From: Minutocellus sp. GHC0000111
Taxonomy: Eukaryota
Length of the DNA: 64,000 nucleotides
Direction of reading: 5' to 3'
NCBI GenBank assembly: GCA_977018835.1
Contig: OZ361256.1
Location: 4,154,001-4,218,000 of the forward strand
This document shows, one piece after another, positions 24,506 through 37,185 of the stretch. The position numbers and the translations under genes are program-made. Below the pieces are notes generated by a model. It was not told the origin of the DNA and made no database searches. It saw only the letters and a list, made by a program, of their open reading frames with translations. How positions within the stretch are numbered: position 1 is the stretch's first letter; the number at the start of each line of letters is the position of its first letter.

Positions 24506-25464
24506 GATGTGATGTATGGTTGGTGGCCTATTTGATATTTGTATGCGCCGATCCAATTTCTTCAGGATACCGGACTCACTCTGCCGAACGTGCAACTACC
24601 AACTGATTGCAACTGCTCGTCGTCCCGTCTCCCTTGCCTCACCGCCGAATAACAAGTCCCAGGAGGGTCTGGTCTCAAGGCTCCAAGGTAGGTTCGACGA
24701 GCAGCCTTCAGGCGCCTCTGAGGCACGATGCTGCGCAGTCCCTTCGTTTTTCGAAGCCTTCTCAGAGAAGACGAGCAATCGGATGGCTCGGTTTTCAACC
24801 TCGTAGGGACGGCCCCGCCAGACTTTTTTGGTGGGACAGAGACTGGCACGAGATGTGCCACCTCTCCAATAAAAAGATACGCAAAGATACCCTGCAAATT
24901 AGAGCGACTCCAAGGGCGCAAACGCTGCCAACTGCCGATTAAGGGTGACAAGTCGGCAAAGGGGTGGGTATGAAACGCGGTATGCCAAGCGGCAACGCAA
25001 ACGGCGGTAGGAGCGTGGAATGCCGATGATGATGCCCAAGCCGCAAGCCGCAAGCCGGCGCAGGAATGAGGCGCGAGCCGGCCGCCATTTTTTCGGCAAG
25101 CAAGCCCGCCGGCCGGATATTTCTGATAAAAAGAAGGGAAAAGAAAAGAAGAAACAGCGAGTTGTTGCTCCCTGCCTGTTGTGTTTTTGACTGCATGTTT
25201 GCATGTTCCTCGCCTCACCATGCATGCTGTGATGGCGTGGCTGGGTGGCGTACTCGTGCATTGTGCGGCCGTACCGCGCCGAATCAGATAACAATGGGGG
25301 AGAACCTTTGTCGGTGGTTGTGTCGGTGAGAGAAAGGGGGGGGGGGACGTTTTTTTTTCAAATTTGAAACCGATGTGGCCTGGGCCGCAAGTCAAGATGA
25401 AATTTCACTTTCGGGAGCAAGCACTCTGCATGTGGCAATTGCCCAGGTAGTAGTTGCCCGAGCC

Positions 25465-26783
25465 ATGACAACCTACCGCCACTCGCAATTGATCTGCGGT
25501 GAACTGCACATGGCGCATGAAGCTACCGGCAAGGGCCTTTCCATGAAGGATCTTTTCCTCGAGACGCTGACCTGCTACCCCGGCGAAGAAGGACCATTCG
25601 ACGCCGATGCCGATGTCCTCTTCTCCGAATCTCTAAGATATGCCCTGTCGGAGGGAAGGATTGAGGCCCTCAACGATGGAACGTACGTCCTTGCAAAGAC
25701 TGTCAGGGAGGATATGGCGCCACGCAAGAGAGGAGTGATCTGCAACAACGACGACCACACGCGATGCGAAATTTGTGCTTCGTCGATTATCCAACCGCAG
25801 CTGGACACCGTGGACGTCCTCGCGTGCTGTGGCCATCGAATCTGCGCAATCTGCCACAGCACTGACAGAGAAATTGTCAGGAATCTCGCAGGGGAACGAT
25901 CCTGCTCCGTCTGCGGCGATGCTACCGTCTTTCGAAGCGGGGAGTGGAAGCGTCACGTTCGTCGCCTCGCCAAGCGAGTTCCCTGGGCGGCGCTGATTAT
26001 GGGTATGACCAAGTATGACAGTGGCGACCACGTCGCCGGATCGTCCTACGATGCCGTCCGATATCTGAGGAAGGCTGCATCGGCGGGTAGTCCAGAGGCA
26101 CTGTTCCATCTGGGTCGGCACCTATCGGACGGTACTGGTTGCATTCAGAACATTCCGGACGCACTCGTCTGTCTCGAGCGGTGTTTGACCATCGATCCAG
26201 TGGGCTACATGGATTGCGTCGGGGATGTTATGCTTTCATTGGCTGGCAAGGCGATAAAAGATCAGAATTTTTGGCGGAACAGATCCTTGAAAATCTTTCC
26301 GCGAAAGGACATGCCTTCCCCCAGTATCTGCTGGGGGCGCTGTATGAAGATCCTTCGGTCCAACTCGGGTGGGAGATGGAAGGAAAATACTGGCAGATCC
26401 TTTCGGCGTTGAATGGGAACAACTGCATCTTCTTCGTAGCTCGCGAATTTCTATGGCAAGAGAAGATTCCACAAGCAAAACTTTTCCTGCAGCTAGATAG
26501 AGGGCCGAGCGACAATAGTGACGGCTGCATCCGCGAGGACTACGAGGATCTCCGCCATGCACTCCGTGAAATCAAGGAACACTGCGCCTGGTGCGGAGTG
26601 TCGCTTCCAACCAAGAGAGATCGGATGGCGTGCCGGCAGTGCCGAGCGGTATGCTACTGCAGCCGTTCCTGCCAGAAGAAGCATTGGAATTGTCGTCGTT
26701 TGGAGGATTCGCATCGGAACGACTGCAAAGACGTTGCAATGCTCAAGGCAGATATTTTGCAGTCTGCTCGAGGAAAAGCTTAA
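25465..26783 (+). CDS. RING-like + Sel1 repeat + MYND zinc-finger protein (frameshifted near 26270)
   Basis: CEIC..CCGHRICAIC; YLRKAASAGSPEALFHLG; CAWC..CRQCRAVCYCSRSCQKKHW..H..C. Confidence 0.8.
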
Positions 26784-26843
26784 TCTGCATGCAATCTGAC
26801 AGTTTCTCTAATATAATCATGTCGCGATATACTACATGCACAA

Positions 26844-28009
26844 CTATAGACCAATAGTCTCAACAACAGGCTGATTTCCCTCTCTTGCATCTGGACAAAA
26901 TCGATACGAGTGACCCTTTTTTCCACATAGAAAACACTTTTGTTTGAATTTCCCTCTTGCTCCACCATCTTTTCTCTCGCTTGGAATGATCTCGAGGCCA
27001 GGAACAATTGCACGGACTGATCGAGCAGTGGTGAACGATCCGCAGGACTCACCAGTTGGCGCTTTTCCAGGCAATGCACCGGCTGCACCCATTGCAGACG
27101 AAGCGAATTCAACCCCAGTGCTCTTGTCAACACTCGCCTTGTTTGGATCGGCCGCCCTGACTCGCCTCCCAGATAAATGATAAATCACCTCTCTGCCCTG
27201 ATCCAATACAAAGTTTCCCCATTGTGGATGTGCTGCTTCCACTCCCCTCACCTGAATGTCTCGAAGTTGCTTCTCCCCCAGCAACTCTTCGAGATGATCT
27301 CCAACACGCAGAGTTCGTTCCTTCAATACAAAGTCAGTGTAGTAATCGGTTCGAGATATCGCCGTCCTGCCATACCAGAACAAAAGTGGTATCACAGAGC
27401 CTTTGAGGTTCCCTGTATTTTGCCTCACAAAGGGCTCGAGATCAATATCATAGCGGCGTCGCACTTTCGAGATATAATCCATTGTAGCCGTCGATATGAA
27501 ATGCAAGCATTTTATCCATTCATTGTCCATCAAGGTTTCGAGAATGGATGGCAGGTCAACGTCCGACACGAAGAAATTGTCATGCTGCGCCACCGTCCCA
27601 TGTCGAAGGCCGCCTTTATGGCACATGCAGACCCATGACGTTCGGGCAACTCGATGAGCGATGGGCCAATTGTGTCGTCACATCCAGACGCAGACCCTGA
27701 AAAAGGCGGTTGATCAATCTTGGCGCGCAGGAGCTTCAAATGCTCTCGATATCGGCTAGCAACATCCCTGGTCACCCTCCCTCTTTTTGTGCCATCCTTT
27801 CGCTTCTGTTTGTCGTTCGCTTTATCATCACTCTCGCCGTCGTCCTCGACCTCATCGTATCCATCACAAAGAATGTAGATTTTCGCCAAACGTCGAATAT
27901 CTTTCACATGCCGATCGAAGGAACGAAACAATGCGTCGAGGAGAGCTGTTGAGGGGTGTGACGGGACCGGAGAGGTCTGGACTAGGATGGTTAGTAGTGG
28001 CGTCGTCAT
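26844..28009 (-). pseudogene. Hypothetical protein (TSPVPSHPST N-terminus, QHD motif, possibly glycosyltransferase-like) with C-terminal CCHC zinc knuckle; frameshift near 27595
   Basis: ORFs 27530-28009 and 26844-27626 overlap in different frames; CFLCGKKGHSYRFC knuckle. Confidence 0.65.
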
Positions 28010-28124
28010 CTCATCTCATCACGAGCACGAAGTCGAATGTCGCACAAATAAATAAATGAACAAAGCGGAGAATTGGCTCATAACCTAATAAAATGCGGTG
28101 CTGCTGCAAAACACAAGATTCCTA

Positions 28125-30015
28125 CGAGGTCAGATTCGCGAGAAATCGAGCGCCCGGTTTTTGACTGCTTTCGAGGGGATTGAAAAGCGCCTCGAAGAAT
28201 AGTCATGCTGAAATATTTTAGAAAATGGCTATTTTTACTCTAATTTTGATTTATCTTCATGTGAAACAATAATTCGGATAAGACTTTAGATTTCAGCGGC
28301 TCTAATCAAATGGACGCGTTCGTCGCACTTGGACCGGTATGCTGCTTCCCAACGAGTGCCGATGATTCATCTGATTCGGCCGCCTTCCGTTCTGTCATCG
28401 ACGATCTTGCAACGGCGACCCGGCGGTATACTGCACCATGTCTCTTTGCAATTGCCAAGTGCAGGGAGCAGGCAAAGGTGGACTATTCGGTGCTGTCCAG
28501 CGCAGAGCATGGTGCACGATTTTCGGGATATGGATGAAGGCGTGTGGTGCTCTACCTGCATCTGAGAAGGCGATGTGGGAGATGAAGAGGAGATCTCATC
28601 TGGCTATGCAGCCATACATTCGAGATGTTATTGTTGATGCTCTGATACGAAATCCTCGGGAATCTTGGCGGGAGCTGGAGGTGGATGTCAACTTTTGGTG
28701 TTCCTACTCGGCAATACGGGGCGGTGGATAATGTCGCGGGAAGGGTTCCGGTACTATGCCGAAAGGATCATCCCTCTCCTTACTACCCATCAGATGGAGA
28801 AACATTTGGCATTTGCGCGGAAATTCCGAAACAATTGGGGGCTCGGCGGTGGCAAGTTTCTCCTTATTATGTTCGATGAGAAGTGGTTTTGGGGCTTGGT
28901 TCTTCGATCGTATGCCAAGCAAGTTGCAGAATTGGGTATTGATCCTCGGTCCTTCTCGGCATATCACCGAAATCACATCAACAAGTGCATGGTGGTGGCT
29001 GTCACTGCCTTGGCTTTTTTATTGACAGCATTGAGAATGGCGGCATTGCGTTCAAGCTTGGACTTTTTCGGGCTCAGGCGCATATAAAATTGCGAGGCAG
29101 ATGGTAAGGGAGGCGGTGCGGCAGGCAGATGGTAGAATCAAATATTGCGGCCCGGTGGTTCGGAAGAAAGACGATCTATACCTTGTGGATTGCGCGGTGA
29201 CTGGATGCAGCCATGGCACCCTTGATAATCCCAAGTTCCCACTGAAAGCTTTATTTGAGAACAAGATGTTTCCGGATGTTGAGGCTTTGGTCGGACCTGG
29301 TGGAAAGTTTGAAGGCTATGTCCCTATTTTTCAGGGCGACAATGCTGGGCCCCATGCCGAGACTGAATTTGTGGAATATGTGGAAGGATACTGTCGGGAC
29401 AAGGGATGGCGTTGGGAACCTCAGGCCCCGCAAATGCCCCATATGAATGTTCTTGATCTGTCTGTTTTCCCTTGCATGTCAAAGCGGCATACAATGTTGA
29501 GCCGCGATCGGGAGGGGCTGAAGTTTTGACAGAAGATCAGACTTGGGATGCAGCGGAGGAAGTTTGGATGGGGCTGGAAAACTGGAAGATCGCATCGGCA
29601 TACATCCAGGCTCATAGAATTGCAAAGAAGGTAATCGTTGCAAAAGGCAACAATGATTTTCTTGGAAACGGTGAAGGCATTCATGTTGGGGTGCGAAAGG
29701 ATTTCAGGCCGACTGAAAATGGCATGGTTCGGATAGATGGGAAAATTATCGCTCCTCCTCCTGCTGATCCAACCATGGACAATTAGTCCTGCGGTGCTTT
29801 TAAGTTATGTTATGTTTAAAATAATACTAGATTATTTAGATTCGAGCTATATTTGTGCTACTACACACACATGCCGTACATGCATGTGTAGTGCTCTCTT
29901 GTCAGTTTTGATGGTTCCGGCTTTACATGCATGTGTCCGTGTCCGGGTTGCGGGCCAAAAAATCGACATTTTTTGGTCCCGGCCCTGCGCTCGATTTCTC
30001 GCGAAACGGACTTCG
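28125..30015 (+). mobile_element. Tc1/mariner DNA transposon (plant-mariner-like DDD transposase), 1891 bp, with ~29-bp imperfect TIRs and TA target duplication
   Basis: Left end TA|cgaggtcagattcgcgagaaatcgagcgc; right end gcgctcgatttctcgcgaaacggacttcg|TA (3 mismatches). Confidence 0.92.
28310..29786 (+). pseudogene. Mariner-type transposase, several frameshifts
   Basis: MFDEKWF, FQGDNAGPH and QAPQMPHMNVLDLSVF motifs spread over 5 consecutive ORF fragments. Confidence 0.88.
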
Positions 30016-30046
30016 TACATGAAGTAATGCATTGAGTCTAGAGATT

Positions 30047-32782
30047 CTATGAAGTCACATCACCCACTGCCCTCTCAGTCAGGCCGATTGTAGCCGCAGT
30101 TTCCGAAGGCCCAACCTTGGCGTTTTCGAGCTCCTTCTTCAATCGAGCAATTTCTTGGTTCAGCCTTTGAACCTCTTGACTGTCGTTGCGCTGGGCATTC
30201 GCTCCAGGTTGAAATTGACCTTGCGGTACAGACGGCGACAAACCTTCCCTCTTCCAATAGGCTCTGTACTTTGGACCAAATAAGCAGCCGAGTATCGCCA
30301 TAACCCCAACAAAGATGATTGCCGAGGAAAGAAAGAGGACTGCATTGGGTTGTTCATTCACAATGTAAATCACTGGAACTCCAATGAATGATGCCTCAAA
30401 TATGGCTACCACTGCTATTCCAATATACTTGCTCTCACTCAAATCAGTGGTAATGTGCCTTGCCAGGTACGCTTGCCATAGGGTGATTAGAATGGCAATT
30501 CCATCAATGGCCAAAAGACTTCCAACGTAAGCGACAGCCGTTCCATCCGTTGAGTCGCAACCTCCTATTTGAACTTTTGGCCGATTGTATTCATCATATT
30601 GCAGCGTCCTGATTTCCCACGTCAGAGGCGACATGATGGTCCAAACAATCAAAATTAGAAAGTTGCACCCAAGCAAAATAGCACCCGGGACAATTACATC
30701 TAGCGGGGTGATCTTGACCTTCCTGAATCCTCTCGCGTTCTTCATCACTCTATTGACCCGCCAAAGCTTGGAAAACAGTGCAGTAAATGTTAGACAAAAG
30801 CCAATGCTGATGAGCCAAAATTTGGACTGGCATGCGACATCGCATCCTCTTTCACTGGCGACTTGTGTGTCCATAGACATTGGAACAATAGTGCTGGCCA
30901 TCAGAAGACACCCAATGCAGATGAGAGTGAGAAATTCTGGTTGGCTTGCACGGACAATGCGATTTTTGCGTTTCGAAATTGTAAAATATAAAAAAGAGCG
31001 ACGCAAGCATTGCCAGTCCACTCAACCCAAGGCAGATACCCCGCGCAGCAGGATCCAAATGTAGTAAGACTGTTTCTGCTGGTGGTAGATCTGGTGGAGG
31101 TTCTGTGGTTCCTCCAGGGTAGACAAACGCCCGATCTCGATATGAAGTCCATTCGTTTGTTGTGGTATTTGCATTTCTGGTGGGCACTGCTCGAAAAGTG
31201 GTTTTTCCGTCATCGCCCTTCTGCTCACGAATATTCGAAACCACGAAATAAGTTGTGTTTGGATCCCTTGAGTAGGATTCAGTCAAATTAAATGAAACAA
31301 ATCCTGATGCTCCCAGGAACTTCGAAAGCAAGGCATGAGTATGGTGTTCATTGCCCGTGAAAGTCGAGTTCAAATCCATTCTTGATACACTGGAAGCATT
31401 GGAAGACGTTGAAATCGGCGTGGCCAAGGACAAATTGCCCTGGGCATAACATGCACCTATGCCAAGCGCAACGACTGCATCATACGAGTATGCGGCGATG
31501 TAGCCGGGATTCCTAAGAAAATATTCACTCGTCCGGTTGAATTCAAAGACAGTTCCGTTTGCGAAAAATGCCTGTGCATTCCACGGTGGGACTTTGGAGT
31601 TGATGTAGTTCAGCGCCTCGTCGTCTTCGGCAATTTGCTTCCATTCTTGAAGAAATCGGTCATATTGAGGAAATCCTGGCAGGCCACCCTCATCGTGAAA
31701 TACCATGTTGCCTGGCGTCGCCTTTGCTGCAGGACTGTTGGGGTCCATAATCGACCCCTTGCCTCCATTTCCAGCAAGGGCAGGGTCTATCGCTGCAGTA
31801 TAAATCCAGAGTTTGCCCTCGCCCGCCAATCCCAGCTTCCATGCCTGGCCCATAATTAGCTCATAGTCGGTGGGATAAAATAATCCCACAATATAATTCA
31901 CATTGTTGTCCAGTAAGAAAGTCAGTGCTCGATCTACCTCCCTCTCCCTAGATCCTGGTTTTAGGGCATATGCATACATGGTCATATTTCTTAAGTTCAC
32001 TGCCTGCCTCATGCTTTGTTGGAACGAGCCACCATAGGCATCATCGACATATATCATTCCTATGTAGCTCACATCTATTCGTTCTTGAGGTACCCCGTGA
32101 GTCTCGCCGACGTGGCATCGTCACTGGCAATGGTCCGACCAAACAACAGATACTCGTATCGATTGTCCAACAGGGCCGACGTTGCGCTGGGCGAGAATTG
32201 TGGCAGATCAAACACTCCGCTCTGCGCCGCCAGAGTGGATGTGATGCTGCTGGTCGTCGTTCCGATCATGGCTGCCATGTGTGGATCACTTGCGTTGTAG
32301 TAAGGGGGGTTGATGACGCTATACAGTAGATTGATCGTGGCGATGAGTTCCCACCCCATAGTATCCACTAGATCAGTGGTCAGACGGATGGAACATGTAT
32401 TGTTGATTCCCTCCAATTCATCCACAACACTACCGATGCCATTGTTGAAGTGATGCATGGCAAGAATTGCAGCAGCGCTCCCATCGTAACCGGCATCGCT
32501 CACATCATACAGCAAATCCTCGGTGTCGTCGTTCTGATCAATTTGCGTCCACCGCAAGAATGTGGGAATGTGTGCTAATATAACTCCAGGAGAGGGGAGT
32601 TTGGACGCCTCGTCGATGGCACGGTAAAGGTTTTGTCCTCCGGGATAGTTGTCAATTTCGGAGGGCGGCACGAGCGACACGAAGGTGGCCGTGGGAGATT
32701 GTCGGATGGCGTCGTAGTAGCCGTAGGAGGTTGGGTCGGCGAGAATTGACGATGCCATCATGTCTTTGCGCCACAAATACAC
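30047..32782 (-). CDS. Class C (GABA-B-like) GPCR with ANF/Venus-flytrap domain; frameshifts near 32075 and 30990
   Basis: FGRTIASD and AAYSYDAVVALG (ANF-like); IVRASQPEFL, LFSKLWRV, SESKYI, LFGPK (7tm_3). Start uncertain. Confidence 0.85.
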
Positions 32783-33041
32783 GCATCCATACGCCGAAGC
32801 AAGAGTGCTTGGGAGCTATTATGCTCTCACAAGGCGGTCCAATCGATGGCATCGGCGTGGAGGATTTTAGTGCCACAAGTGCTCATTTAGTGGTTCGGAC
32901 TCAAAAGATACGATACGAGCGAGAGCCGAAGCCGAAGCAAAGAGAACCCCACTCACCAAAGGCCAGCCATCAGAAAGGAATTCTACGAGATACCGTTGGT
33001 AGAATAGACCGCTGTGCCCAATCATCTGGCATTTACACACT

Positions 33042-33617
33042 ATGCCAGCAGCGGCACCATCAAACTCCAGCTCAGCAGGCGATCAGCAGCAGCAGCAGCA
33101 GCAGCCCTTCCTCCTCGAAAGGATCGGTGGATCCTCCACCCTCAAAGAAGCCGTGAACAATTTCTATTTCGAGCTGAGGCACGACGATGTCCTCAGTCCC
33201 TACTTTCGAGGAGTGAACGTCCACAAGATCCGCTGGCATGTGTATAATTTCATGTCAATGATATTGACGTGGATACCACCTGAGCTTGATCTAAACGACT
33301 ACATTGGTTCGCGTCATGAACGATTGTTTGATACAGGACTGACCGAGGAGCACTTTGACCAATTCACCAAGTTGTTTGTCCGGTCGTTGCAGGCAGTGGA
33401 CTGTGCGGGCAAGGCTGAAAATGAGGAGGCTGCGAATGTCTTGAAATCGCTCAGACCAATATTTGAGGAGGGTGCTGCCAAGGCCAGAGAGAGGAAAGCA
33501 GAGAAGGAGCTAAGGCAGGAAAGACAGAAATTGTTGGGACGATATGCGTTGGTAGGTGCTGCTGGCGTTGCTTCTGTAGTGGTGCTTACCCTCGTGGTTG
33601 GTAAGAAAAGAAACTAG
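33042..33617 (+). CDS. Group I truncated haemoglobin with C-terminal membrane anchor
   Basis: LLERIGG..AVNNFY..LSPYF..H..GLTEEHFD; hydrophobic tail ALVGAAGVASVVVLTLVV followed by KKRN. Confidence 0.85.
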   Translation: MPAAAPSNSSSAGDQQQQQQQPFLLERIGGSSTLKEAVNNFYFELRHDDVLSPYFRGVNVHKIRWHVYNFMSMILTWIPPELDLNDYIGSRHERLFDTGLTEEHFDQFTKLFVRSLQAVDCAGKAENEEAANVLKSLRPIFEEGAAKARERKAEKELRQERQKLLGRYALVGAAGVASVVVLTLVVGKKRN

Positions 33618-33901
33618 TGCACTTTTGGCGTTCAATAGATGGAGAGTGCCTTTTTGTGTGTCCGACGACGAGCTGCTTCATGTATTCTCATATCTTGTCT
33701 TCTAGCTAGCTAGCAAGCTACTACATAGCTAGCTACGTAGTACGAGAGACATCGCTATTGGAAGAAGCAAAATGTCGTCAATAGCAATTCGTCATATCGA
33801 TTTTTAAACATATTGCGCATATAGGAACTTATACATGTACAGAAAAAACCTATTACTAATTTTGAGATGCATTTCAAAAAGGGAAAACTGTTCTTCGTTG
33901 G

Positions 33902-35110
33902 TTAAAGCTTGGACCAATCCAGCTTGGTAAGAAAGGCGGCAAGCTCGTTGTTGCAGACGGGCGACTCCTTTGTGAGGAATGTTTCGTCGTACTGGGCCTC
34001 CTCCTCCGCATCATTATTATCCTCCTCGGATGCATCGCACGTGGAGGATGCATAGCTGCTCCTGGACGGAGCTGCGGTGACGGTAGCAAAGGAAGGCTCC
34101 TGATACCAGGTGGCGTTGCCGCCACTGCAGGGTTGGGTGTGGTACGTGTAGAAGGGAAGGGACGTGGACGAAGTGTGTCCCATGGAGGAGAAGGACGACT
34201 CGGCGCTGGTAAAGCCGCTGCCAGGTAGGCCGTTGCTGACGATGCTACCAGATGATTGGTGTGTCGATAGCATGGAATTGCTCTTGTTATCGATGCAGAC
34301 CTTGTGATGATGGTACACGCCTGGGTGTGGTTGGGGGTGCTCATGCACTGATTCCATCTTTTGCTTCGCTAGAAGGAATTGCTGATGGAGCATTTGCTCC
34401 ATTTGGGAGGTGATTGCGCCGTCACTGAGGCCATTTCGGTCCTTGGTAGGAGAAAACTCGGTGTTCACAGTAGTGGGAATAGAAGCGACCATAGGAGATC
34501 TTGCCCTCTTTGGATCCGATGCACTTGCTGTCGCCGTGGCTGTAGCCTTTCTCTTCTTCTTGGCAGTCTTGCGCTTTGGACCTGCCTTCTGCTTCTTCGT
34601 CTTTGTCGTGACCTCTTCCTCCCCATACTGCTCTCGTGAGATCCGATTGGACTCCCGGGCAATGTCCTGGAAGACGGCACGGGTATTGTCGTCGAGCGAG
34701 CGCCAGGCCGTCGATACTTGCCTGGTCAGCTCCTTGAAGCCAATGGCGCCATGCGACGTGCGATGAGCGCGCTTCTCCCCGGCCTTGAGGCGGTACGGGT
34801 CGTCGTCGAGAACTTGGAGGATATGCTGACGCTTCTGGTCGAAGGTTAGGCCACCGTTGAGGGCGTCGAAGGACATGCCCGGCGTGACGAGGACCGTGCG
34901 GTGGTACTTCATGTAGTAATTGTAGGCCGACAGGTTGCGATGGCGATTGACAGTAGTGGTCATTGCAGCCTTGGCATTTGAAGAAGAGGAGGAGTTGGAA
35001 GTTTGCCGGGATGATTTGCATTTTGCGGTCTTGGTCATCACATCATTGCGCTCGTTCACAACGTCAGCGGCGGCCGCATTGGCGGCGAGGTTGATTGAGA
35101 ATGATTCCAT
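33902..35110 (-). CDS. HMG-box protein (diatom type)
   Basis: RNLSAYNYY..KRAHRTSHGAIGFKELTRQVSTAWRSLD. Confidence 0.85.
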   Translation of the reverse strand: MESFSINLAANAAAADVVNERNDVMTKTAKCKSSRQTSNSSSSSNAKAAMTTTVNRHRNLSAYNYYMKYHRTVLVTPGMSFDALNGGLTFDQKRQHILQVLDDDPYRLKAGEKRAHRTSHGAIGFKELTRQVSTAWRSLDDNTRAVFQDIARESNRISREQYGEEEVTTKTKKQKAGPKRKTAKKKRKATATATASASDPKRARSPMVASIPTTVNTEFSPTKDRNGLSDGAITSQMEQMLHQQFLLAKQKMESVHEHPQPHPGVYHHHKVCIDNKSNSMLSTHQSSGSIVSNGLPGSGFTSAESSFSSMGHTSSTSLPFYTYHTQPCSGGNATWYQEPSFATVTAAPSRSSYASSTCDASEEDNNDAEEEAQYDETFLTKESPVCNNELAAFLTKLDWSKL

Positions 35111-35996
35111 TTTCGATTTGATTCCAATGTAGTCAGGAACTGAATTGATTCGATGTTGTTTCTGCAGGAGTAGACGATGATATGAGCCGATACAATTGCG
35201 CATCACCTATAATTCATTTCCCGTGCGGTTCTTGTGCACCTTGGAATGATGAGGCGGCCGGATAAAGTGTGGCTCGGATTTGCGTGTGGATTGAACGGGA
35301 GCAGAGGCTTTTGTGCCAGTGTGCTGACGGAAACGGCGGGAGTAACGAGAACGTCTCTAAAGCCTACATTTCTGAAATGAACGAGGACTGATTTCTGAAG
35401 TTCTCGTTCTCCTCAAAATGCGACTTTGTTGTCTCAAAGTCATGACGCATCGTGCGGTCAAGTTGCAAGGTTCTCTTCCCGCTTTCAGGCCCTTTTTGCT
35501 CATGCCGGTTTTGGCTCACATGGAATTTGAGCAGACAAAAGAACGAGGCGGGCTAGCTTGCTTGGCGGTGCAGATTTGGGACGTTAATGTGTCAGATTAC
35601 CTGTCATATCTAGCTACGTAGAACCGGCTTTTCAGGCCTAGAGCCCTACATTTCTGAGAGGTTCCCATGTCCACAGTGCTCGACAGAGGCCTCGGAAAAA
35701 CTCTCGCGGTGTGAGAACATAACAGAAAAACTCTCGCGGTGTGAGAACGAGGCAAGCATGACATTAAAAGAAGGTTTCGGACCGCGTAACACAAAGCCTA
35801 CAGCCGCATGTAGTTTTATTTGAGCTCAAAAATGTAAGATTTGTGTGCAACAGTTGAAGTCTAACTCAGTTTGAGAGCAGCAAACAGCTGCTGCTCGCAC
35901 CCTCCTCTTCACAACATGCCGCCATAACAAATTTTTCAATCTCTCGCAACCACGACGGAGACACCCCAGCCCAAAGACAACAACATCAGAGGCGCA

Positions 35997-36616
35997 ATGA
36001 GCCATCAGGAGAAGAGTCTTGCCAGAGAGACCTCTGCGACATCTTTGTCCGTCGTCGCACAAAAGCGCAAAAGCGCACTCAGAATCACACCGAAGAGACA
36101 AGCTCAGGCCTGAGCACCACTTCTGCGAGTGACACCGAACGGGCCGAACTCAATTTCAACAACAAGACCAAGACATGCCTCGTCGAAACTTTGGATGAAC
36201 ACACAGACGAAGAGCACAGTGCCGCCTTCCTTGTCGACTCTGATCATCGAGCCATTCAACAGGACATCGTCACGACTCTGCAAGTCATGCATCAAAACAA
36301 CGGCCTCATTCCAGTCGACGAGCGCGCCAGCAAACTGTCCTCGAGAGGTCTCGAAGGCATGGCGAACCAAGCCGTCACGAACCAACGTAGGCAAGCCAAG
36401 GCCAACGTCCTCCTTGCCGTCCTCAACGAGCAAGACAGTCAAGTTGATGCTGATTGTTTCAACGACGAGAGCGTGGCGAGAGCTGCCACCGCTCAGAGCC
36501 AGGAAAGCCGCCACGATGCCCTAGCGCGAGGAGCGCTGGACGCTGCCGAAGCCGAGGCGGCATGGGCCAATGATCTTCAAGGGATCCTAGACCATGCCCT
36601 GGACATCTCGAGTTGA
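35997..36616 (+). CDS. Diatom 'RGLE' family hypothetical protein (probable frameshift near 36100)
   Basis: SSRGLE, AVLNEQ, ALARGALDA motifs in ORF 36191-36616; the ATG at 35997 is in another frame. Confidence 0.65.
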
Positions 36617-36815
36617 CGACAAGGGACAAGAAGATTTCAAAAATTAATCATTGATAACGACGAAACGGCAGGCTTAGTCCCTTTATTCTCCATTCGACAA
36701 GAAAAGAAAATGCGAAACTTAAAAAAATTACAAAACACAGCTTAGAAGCAACGTACATGTACATGTAGCTAGCTAGCTCCAAAGGTAGAAAATAATGCCT
36801 CTTTAGAAATAAAAA

Positions 36816-36902
36816 AGTTCGCTGGGATTTGACCGTTGGTCTTTGTATCAACGATCACCTAACTCGCCTACTAGTGACATTCTTTGCTGATTTGTAATAC
36901 AT
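36816..36902 (+). repeat. Dispersed ~83-bp structured repeat, copy 3
   Basis: agttcgctgggatttgaccgttg..caacgatcacctaactcgcctactagtgacattctttgctgatttgtaatac. Confidence 0.9.
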
Positions 36903-37185
36903 AAAAAATACACATCTAGCTATCTGCCTTTGCCAGCAATATATGGCAGGCAAGTAGAAAAGTCTCTCAAAAATATTGCTACAACATCTATCTGCCCATC
37001 CTTTCTCTAGACCTACTGGCCATTGTTAGCTCCATTTTTTTTTCATTCGCGGCGTGCCAAGACAACCCCGAGATATCGTCTCTTCTACGTAGGTAGCTAC
37101 GTAGCTATATACATGTAATTTACTGTGGTAGGAAGTAAAGCTCACAAGCTAGCTCACAAGCTAGCTAGCTAGCGGGTTCGTTATT

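Noticed and set aside
26844..26960. CCHC knuckle as retrotransposon gag
   Set aside because: No protease, RT, integrase or LTRs; it is the tail of a host-type ORF
35695..35748. 24-bp direct repeat gaaaaactctcgcggtgtgagaac x2 and nearby partial inverted repeats as a MITE
   Set aside because: No convincing TIR pair or TSD could be defined; likely a local duplication
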